DNA of 19,783 nt. It comes from a bacterium. Its GTDB lineage: Bacteria; Bacteroidota; Ignavibacteria; UBA10030. This document shows, piece after piece, positions 14,425-19,783 of this stretch (its first letter is position 1; every line of letters begins with the position of its first letter). Both the position numbers and the translations under genes were made by a program. The notes under the pieces are model-generated. The model worked only from the letters and a program-made list of their open reading frames with translations. It was not told where the DNA came from and made no database searches. The stretch is from assembly GCA_043803945.1 (NCBI GenBank), contig JAZDJN010000063.1, forward strand, positions 1-19,783, in the 5' to 3' direction.

Positions 14425-17400
14425 ATGAAACAAACCATTACGAGGTGGTTTGCCGTCTTGGGATGCTTTATGATTTTTACTTCTGCTATTTTTGCTCAGG
14501 GTGCTACCAATGCAGCAATTAATGGTACCATTAAAAGCACGAGTGGAGAGGTTCTTCCCGGGGCAACCATCATGGCAGTCCATAATCCCAGCGGCACAAC
14601 CTATGGGACAAGTTCTCGCGTTGATGGCCGATACAACATCCCTAACCTTCGCGTTGGCGGCCCATACACCATTACGGTTTCTTACATTGGATATGCACAA
14701 CAGAAGCGTGAAGATGTCAATTTACAACTGAGTCAGGATCAGACTCTAAATTTCGTTATGTCTGAAACCGCGGTTCAACTTGGTGAAGTGCAGATTGTTG
14801 GAGAACGCGGTTCAATAATGAGCGCAGCCCGTACCGGTGCAGCGACAAACGTCACACGCGCACAGATGGATCGTTTGCCAACCATTTCGAGAAGCTTCCA
14901 GGATTATTACAAGGTTTCTCCTTATTTCACCGGTGTGGGAAGCAATGCCGTTGGACGCAATAACCGCTACAATAATATCCAGATTGACGGAGCGAATTTT
15001 AATGACCTCTTCGGTCTCGGCGCAACAGGAACCCCAGGCGGTCAAGGCGGAACCACACCAATCAGCCTTGAAGCGATTGAAGAGTTTCAAATCGTCGTCT
15101 CTCCTTTTGATGTTCGAAACTCGAACTTCACCGGAGCAGGCATTAACGCGATCACACGCAGTGGAACCAACACCCTCAAGGGATCTGCGTTCTATATGAC
15201 GCGTAACCAGTCGCTCGCCGGCGTCAGCCCGGATGCGTTAAAAGCCAAATTGCCCGACTTCACAACAAAATCGTATGGTGTGCGGCTCGGCGGACCGATC
15301 ATCGAGAATAAGTTGTTCTTCTTTGGAGCTGCAGAGTTGGCACGTTCAGGAGCTCCATTTACCCGGACATTCAATCAAAAAGCATTTGGAACAAACTCCT
15401 ATACCGCGAATTCAGACTCTCTCCGTATTCTTTCGGATTTCCTGAAATCGAAATATGGCTATGAGACTGGTTCGTGGTCGACAATTCCACGTGATGATAA
15501 CAGCGATAAGTTTTTCTTGCGCTTTGATTATAATCTTAGCGAGAGCCATAAGTTAACAGCGCGCTGGAATTATCTCACTGCTTCCACTCATAATTCACCG
15601 TCACGTTTCCGTGGAACGTTTGATGTCTATTCAGAAAATGCTGCCTATCAGTTGGACAACACGACGAACTCATTCGCTCTTCAGCTAACAAGCCTTTTCG
15701 GAAACACTGTTTCGAACGAATTAATCATCGGTTATAATAACCAGCTTGATAAACCAGTCTATAAAGGACAACCCTTCCCAACCGTCGAGATCCGAACAGT
15801 CGGATCCACTCCTGGTACCGTAACAACTGAAAACCGCCTTGCTGTTGGCGCCGAAGAGTTCCGGCATTACAATGAATTGGAACAGGATGTCATAGAAATC
15901 ACCGATAACTTATCGCTCTATTTGAAGGACCACACCATTACCGTTGGAGCCAAAGTTGACCTCCTGCAATTCCGTAACCTCTTTATTTCAGACGGTTTTG
16001 GCTGGTATCAATATAATTCACTCGCAGCCTTTATGGCCGGTGGAAAAGCAGCATCATATTTATTCAAATATTCTGCTACTTCGAATCCCCAGCAAGAAGC
16101 AAATTGGGGATACCGGCAGCTTGGTTTCTATGTTCAGGATGAATGGACCGTCAGCCCGAGACTTAAAATTGTCGGCGGTGTTCGCTTTGATATCCCCACT
16201 TACCCTGATAAGCCCAATAACAATCCAACGTTTGAAACAGCTTTCAGTTCAATGGGCTTGAAGACGAGTGAGCCACCAAAGACAGCGATTGCTATTTCAC
16301 CGCGTATCGGCTTCAACTGGGCTGTTGATGAGGAACGGAATACACAACTTCGCGGCGGTGTCGGTATCTTCTATGGCCGCTATCCTGCAGTATGGGTTTC
16401 TAACCAGTATAGTAACACAGGCGTAGATTTCTACTCAACCACAGTTGCGCCCAACACGTTCATAGCTGATCCTTATAACCAACCAAAGATAGCGACAGGT
16501 TTGCCAACTGCAGAAGTCAATATGACTGATCCAAACTTCAAGGCTCCATCTGTGATGCGATTCAGTATCGGCCTCGATCAGAAACTGCCGTTTGATATCG
16601 TTGCCTCGGTCGAAGGGATCTATTCAAAGAACATGAACGAAGTCTACTATCAAAACATCCTGATGGCAGGGCTTCAGAGCAATAATGGCCTGACTCCCGG
16701 TGGAAGACTTGTTGGCGAGGGTCGTGAAGTGTGGAGCCTTATTAACGCCACAACCGGTGCGTATACAGGAACACGACCACTCCCACTGAGCACTGCATTT
16801 ACGGGCGTGTACTATGTGACGAACACCGATCAGGGTTCAATGAGCAATATCGTTGTCCAGTTACAGCGCCAGAACAACACCGATGGTATCTATGCCAATA
16901 TCGGTTACAATTACGGTATATCGAAAGATATCGGTGGAACAAACAGTACAACCGCAAGTTCTGGATGGAGATATAATCCTACAAAGGGTAATCCAAATCA
17001 ACCGGTGCTCTCATACTCAGACGCTGACCGAACCCATCGGATCTTTGGAACAGTTTCCTATCGCTATGACTGGAATATGTTCGGTCTGGCAACAACCGTT
17101 GGCGTCTTCTACAACGGTCTCTCCGGTAGTCCATTCTCCTATATCGTCAATGGTGATGTGAATGGCGATGGCCGCTCGGATAACGACCTGATGTTTATCC
17201 CGAAGAGTGCCAGCGATATCATCTTACTTACTTCATCCGGTGCCGCTGCTCCGCAAGCCGATTATGATGCATTAATGGCTTACATCGACAGCGATGCATA
17301 TCTGAAAGAACACAAAGGTGAATTTGCCGAACGAAACGCTGCTCGATCACCCTGGTCACATCGTATTGACTTCCGCGTCACACAAGAAGTTGGTACCATC

Positions 17401-17643
17401 ATGGGCCACAAGCTTGAATTCGTTTTCGATGTTGAAAACGCAATGAACATGATTGATGACGAATCAGGTTGGGTGAAGGTTGCAGCTCAACAGGTTCCGT
17501 TGGTAACATTCCATAGCGTTACACCAACCGGAGCGAATGCTGGCAAAGCACGCTATCGCTGGACCGGAATGTCTGATCCAAGCGTTGCGAGCAACACCGC
17601 ATCACGCTGGTCAGGTAACTTCGGAATTCGCTATACATTCTAA
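14425..17643 (+). CDS. Oar-like TonB-dependent receptor with N-terminal carboxypeptidase-regulatory-like domain
   Basis: 'GRYNIPNLRVGGPYTITVSYIG', 'NNIQIDGANFNDLFGL...PISLEAIEEFQIVVSPFDVR...GAGINAITRSGTN', 'ISPRIGFNW', C-terminal GIRYTF. Start preferred at ATG 14425 (AAGGAG RBS, signal IFA|QG) over the track's 14311. Confidence 0.92.
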   Translation: MKQTITRWFAVLGCFMIFTSAIFAQGATNAAINGTIKSTSGEVLPGATIMAVHNPSGTTYGTSSRVDGRYNIPNLRVGGPYTITVSYIGYAQQKREDVNLQLSQDQTLNFVMSETAVQLGEVQIVGERGSIMSAARTGAATNVTRAQMDRLPTISRSFQDYYKVSPYFTGVGSNAVGRNNRYNNIQIDGANFNDLFGLGATGTPGGQGGTTPISLEAIEEFQIVVSPFDVRNSNFTGAGINAITRSGTNTLKGSAFYMTRNQSLAGVSPDALKAKLPDFTTKSYGVRLGGPIIENKLFFFGAAELARSGAPFTRTFNQKAFGTNSYTANSDSLRILSDFLKSKYGYETGSWSTIPRDDNSDKFFLRFDYNLSESHKLTARWNYLTASTHNSPSRFRGTFDVYSENAAYQLDNTTNSFALQLTSLFGNTVSNELIIGYNNQLDKPVYKGQPFPTVEIRTVGSTPGTVTTENRLAVGAEEFRHYNELEQDVIEITDNLSLYLKDHTITVGAKVDLLQFRNLFISDGFGWYQYNSLAAFMAGGKAASYLFKYSATSNPQQEANWGYRQLGFYVQDEWTVSPRLKIVGGVRFDIPTYPDKPNNNPTFETAFSSMGLKTSEPPKTAIAISPRIGFNWAVDEERNTQLRGGVGIFYGRYPAVWVSNQYSNTGVDFYSTTVAPNTFIADPYNQPKIATGLPTAEVNMTDPNFKAPSVMRFSIGLDQKLPFDIVASVEGIYSKNMNEVYYQNILMAGLQSNNGLTPGGRLVGEGREVWSLINATTGAYTGTRPLPLSTAFTGVYYVTNTDQGSMSNIVVQLQRQNNTDGIYANIGYNYGISKDIGGTNSTTASSGWRYNPTKGNPNQPVLSYSDADRTHRIFGTVSYRYDWNMFGLATTVGVFYNGLSGSPFSYIVNGDVNGDGRSDNDLMFIPKSASDIILLTSSGAAAPQADYDALMAYIDSDAYLKEHKGEFAERNAARSPWSHRIDFRVTQEVGTIMGHKLEFVFDVENAMNMIDDESGWVKVAAQQVPLVTFHSVTPTGANAGKARYRWTGMSDPSVASNTASRWSGNFGIRYTF

Positions 17644-17660
17644 GCTTTTTTGATGTTTAT

Positions 17661-17700
17661 AAAAAACCCTGTTGATCGCTCAACAGGGTTTTATATTTTT
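17661..17700 (+). terminator. Intrinsic terminator after the Oar-like receptor
   Basis: AAAACCCTGTTGA-TCGC-TCAACAGGGTTTT followed by ATATTTTT. Confidence 0.85.
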
Positions 17701-17705
17701 AGTTG

Positions 17706-17761
17706 GTAGAAGTCTGTCTTCTATCAGTGAATAATCTCTGTAAGAAGACAGACTTCTTACA
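17706..17761. repeat. Inverted pair of small palindromes (REP/REPIN-like)
   Basis: AGAAGTCTGTCTTCT (17708-17722) and its exact reverse complement (17743-17757). Each arm is itself palindromic: TAGAAG-TCTGT-CTTCTA and TGTAAGAAG-ACAGA-CTTCTTACA. Confidence 0.65.
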
Positions 17762-17831
17762 AGGACCAATTGAACATAGAGTAGTAAGAAAACGAACTTC
17801 TCCACAGCATCACGTGATTACTTTTTTTCTA

Positions 17832-17876
17832 TCATCTGCATAATCTGTGTAACCTGAGTAATCTGTGTAATCTGTG
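17832..17876. repeat. Five tandem 9-bp units, consensus TAATCTGTG
   Basis: TCATCTGCA TAATCTGTG TAACCTGAG TAATCTGTG TAATCTGTG, ending 2 nt from the protease stop codon. Confidence 0.8.
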
Positions 17877-17878
17877 GT

Positions 17879-19663
17879 CTATTTCTTCTTATCCGGATAT
17901 GGTGGTGGAAGCATCAATTTTGCCGGTTTCGACTTCATCTGTTCAAGAACCACCTGAATAGCTTTTTCTAGCTGTTGATCCTCCCCGGCATATTCTTTTG
18001 CTGGATCGTTATCAACTACGATATCCGGTTCGATACCAACTCCTTCCATAATCCATTCCTTCCCTTCAATGTCATATCGTGAGAACTCTGGCCTATTGAG
18101 TACTCCTCCATCGAGGAATGGCAATGTTCCGCGAATTCCAACCACGCCGCCCCACGATCGTTTTCCGATAATTGTCCCCAACTTGTGCTGCCTGAAACGA
18201 TACGCAACGATATCGCCGTCGGATGCTGAGAACTCATCGATGAGCAAAACCTTCGGCCCCAGCACAGTTCCACCCGGATCGATTGTTGGGATCCCTCCGC
18301 GAGAGATACCTATCATTGCAATTTCACGCCTCAGCCGTTCAATGATCATTGGGGAGACGTTACCACCGCCATTACCTCTGCAATCGATAATGAGGGCTTC
18401 CTTCCTCAATTGCGGATAATAGTACTTGGCAAATTCATTCAATCCAGGAACACCCATATCTGGTACATGGAGGTAACCAACTTTTCCGCTGGTAGCCTTA
18501 GCAACTTTGTCGATATTGTTCTGGACCCAATTCAAGTAATACAAGGATTGTTCATTGGCGGTAGGTACCATAACTACATTCCGGCTGCCTTCGTTTTTCG
18601 GTTCCTTGTTAACCTTTAACGTTACTTGTTTACCAGCCGTATTGACCAGTGCTTCATATATATCGGCCATCTCTGCAGTTGAGTTCCCATTAACGGCAAG
18701 TATATACTCACCCTCTTTGACATCAACTCCAATCTCTGTCAAGGGAGATCGTAAGGCATTATCCCAATTCTGGCCTTTCAGAATCCTTGTGATCTTATAG
18801 AATCCTGAAACATCCTTCTTCAGTTGCGCACCGAGCAATCCCTGTTGAATCCTTTCCGGTCTCGGCATATCTCCGCCTCCAACATAGGCGTGACCGGCGC
18901 TAAGTTCACTAATCATCTCCCCAATGATGTATGTCAAATCAGCTCTGTGATTGACAAATGGGAGAAGTGCGCTATAGCGCTTTTTCATATTCGGCCAATC
19001 GACTTTGTGGAGATTCGGATCGTAGAAGAAATCACGCATCTGCCGCCACGACTCTGAAAAGATCTGTTCCCATTCTGCATGTTTATCGAGCTTTACCTTC
19101 ATATCCGAAAGATCGAGCCGGTCTTTGATTTCTATCCGCGAGGATGGGAGATCGATAATTCCATACGACCCTGTTTGGCTCACCAGCATTTTCTTTCCGT
19201 CTGCCGATATCTCATAGCCGTTGATGTCTCCCAGTTCCGTTTCCTTTTTCTTGTCCAGCTCAAAGAGAAAGAGCTTTGCCCTCTCATCATGCAATCCCTG
19301 GCGAAGGTAGTAGAGCTTTTGTCCAACCGATTGAAGATTTCGATAACCGGAAGCTCGAATTGGCAGAACGGTAATACGTTGCTGCAATCCATCCTTATCA
19401 ACTTTACTATCACCCTCTTTCTTTGCTGAACCTGAATCCGGCTTTGAGTCTTTCTTCTCTACTGAGCCTTTCTTTTCTTCCTTTACAGCAACCTCATCGC
19501 TCTTCGGTTCGAAAGGTGATTTTGTCTCCTTGGCAAGAGTCACGAGATAAATTTTTGCCATGTCAAGATACGCGTGATTCCATTCTGTCTGGCTGTAGAT
19601 TGGTGCAAAGGAACGATTGGAAATAAAGAAGAGATACTTCCCATCAGCACTGAAAACAGGAGC
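17879..19663 (-). pseudogene. Tricorn-like S41 protease, C-terminal part only (end of beta-propeller, C1, PDZ, catalytic domain); 5' part interrupted or missing
   Basis: Motifs 'WRQMRDFFYDPNLH', 'ELSAGHAY', PDZ 'GEYILAVNG', 'GYLHVPDM', 'IIDCRGNGGG', 'SASDGD', 'GKRSWGGVVG', 'GIEPDI'. The frame continues upstream of Met 19561 as APVFSADGKYLFFISNRSFAPIYSQTEWNHAYLD, then meets in-frame TGA at 19670-19672. No signal peptide or RBS is seen, so 19561 is an internal Met. The family call is secure; real disruption versus assembly artefact is not. Confidence 0.75.
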
Positions 19664-19783
19664 CTTTCTTCAAGAGGCCGGTCGAAACTCTCTTGGGAAG
19701 TTTAGAATCCTTAAGCCCCGTCACGTTGGAATTAGTCAGTGGATCCAATTTAGAGCCTATTTGGGACTATCTGGTCAAACAAT
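19664..19783. mobile_element. Foreign sequence at the protease breakpoint, possibly an IS5-like terminus
   Basis: None of the three minus frames continues tricorn-like sequence. TTA|GAGCCTATTTGGGA (19750-19766) resembles IS5-family TIRs with TWA targets, and on the minus strand ends a frame ...LFDQIVPNRL*. No transposase is visible in the window. Confidence 0.3.

Noticed and set aside
17706-17877. Repeats as a CRISPR array
   Set aside because: No 23-47-bp direct repeats with unique regular spacers, and no cas genes.
17879-19561. Treating the 560-aa ORF as a complete protease gene
   Set aside because: Homologous coding continues 34 codons upstream of this Met, and there is no RBS or signal peptide.
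2393-19626. Numerous 60-157 aa ORFs overlapping the large genes
   Set aside because: All lie wholly or largely within well-supported CDSs on the opposite strand or another frame, and none shows a family signature.
19664-19783. Group II intron end, or a simple frameshift in the protease
   Set aside because: No domain V/VI consensus or GTGCG start, and neither alternative frame gives tricorn-like sequence. The group I resemblance (GATAGTCC, terminal G) is too weak to call.

Overview
Probably an FCB-group (Ignavibacteria/Bacteroidota-like) chromosomal fragment; the taxonomy is inferred from gene content, +1 Gln signal peptides and TAnnTTTG-like promoters. The left 11.2 kb is one minus-strand operon: LacI regulator, TonB-dependent receptor, 1264-aa secreted Ca-motif/Fn3 protein with a T9SS-like C-terminal sorting domain, PorV/UPF0164-like beta-barrel, and a >=740-aa secreted multi-CBM20-like protein that the ORF track missed because it runs off the left edge. 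A 14+2+14 LacI-type operator overlaps the operon promoter. No SusD-like lipoprotein is present, so this looks like a SusD-free alpha-glucan uptake locus and is the best candidate for an under-described system. The right part encodes an M28 peptidase, an HU-like protein, an AT-rich spacer, an Oar-like TonB-dependent receptor, small palindromic and 9-bp repeats, and the 3' half of a tricorn (S41) protease. The protease reading frame breaks at about 19664, where 120 bp of unrelated, IS-end-like sequence closes the window. No rRNA, tRNA or CRISPR array was seen.
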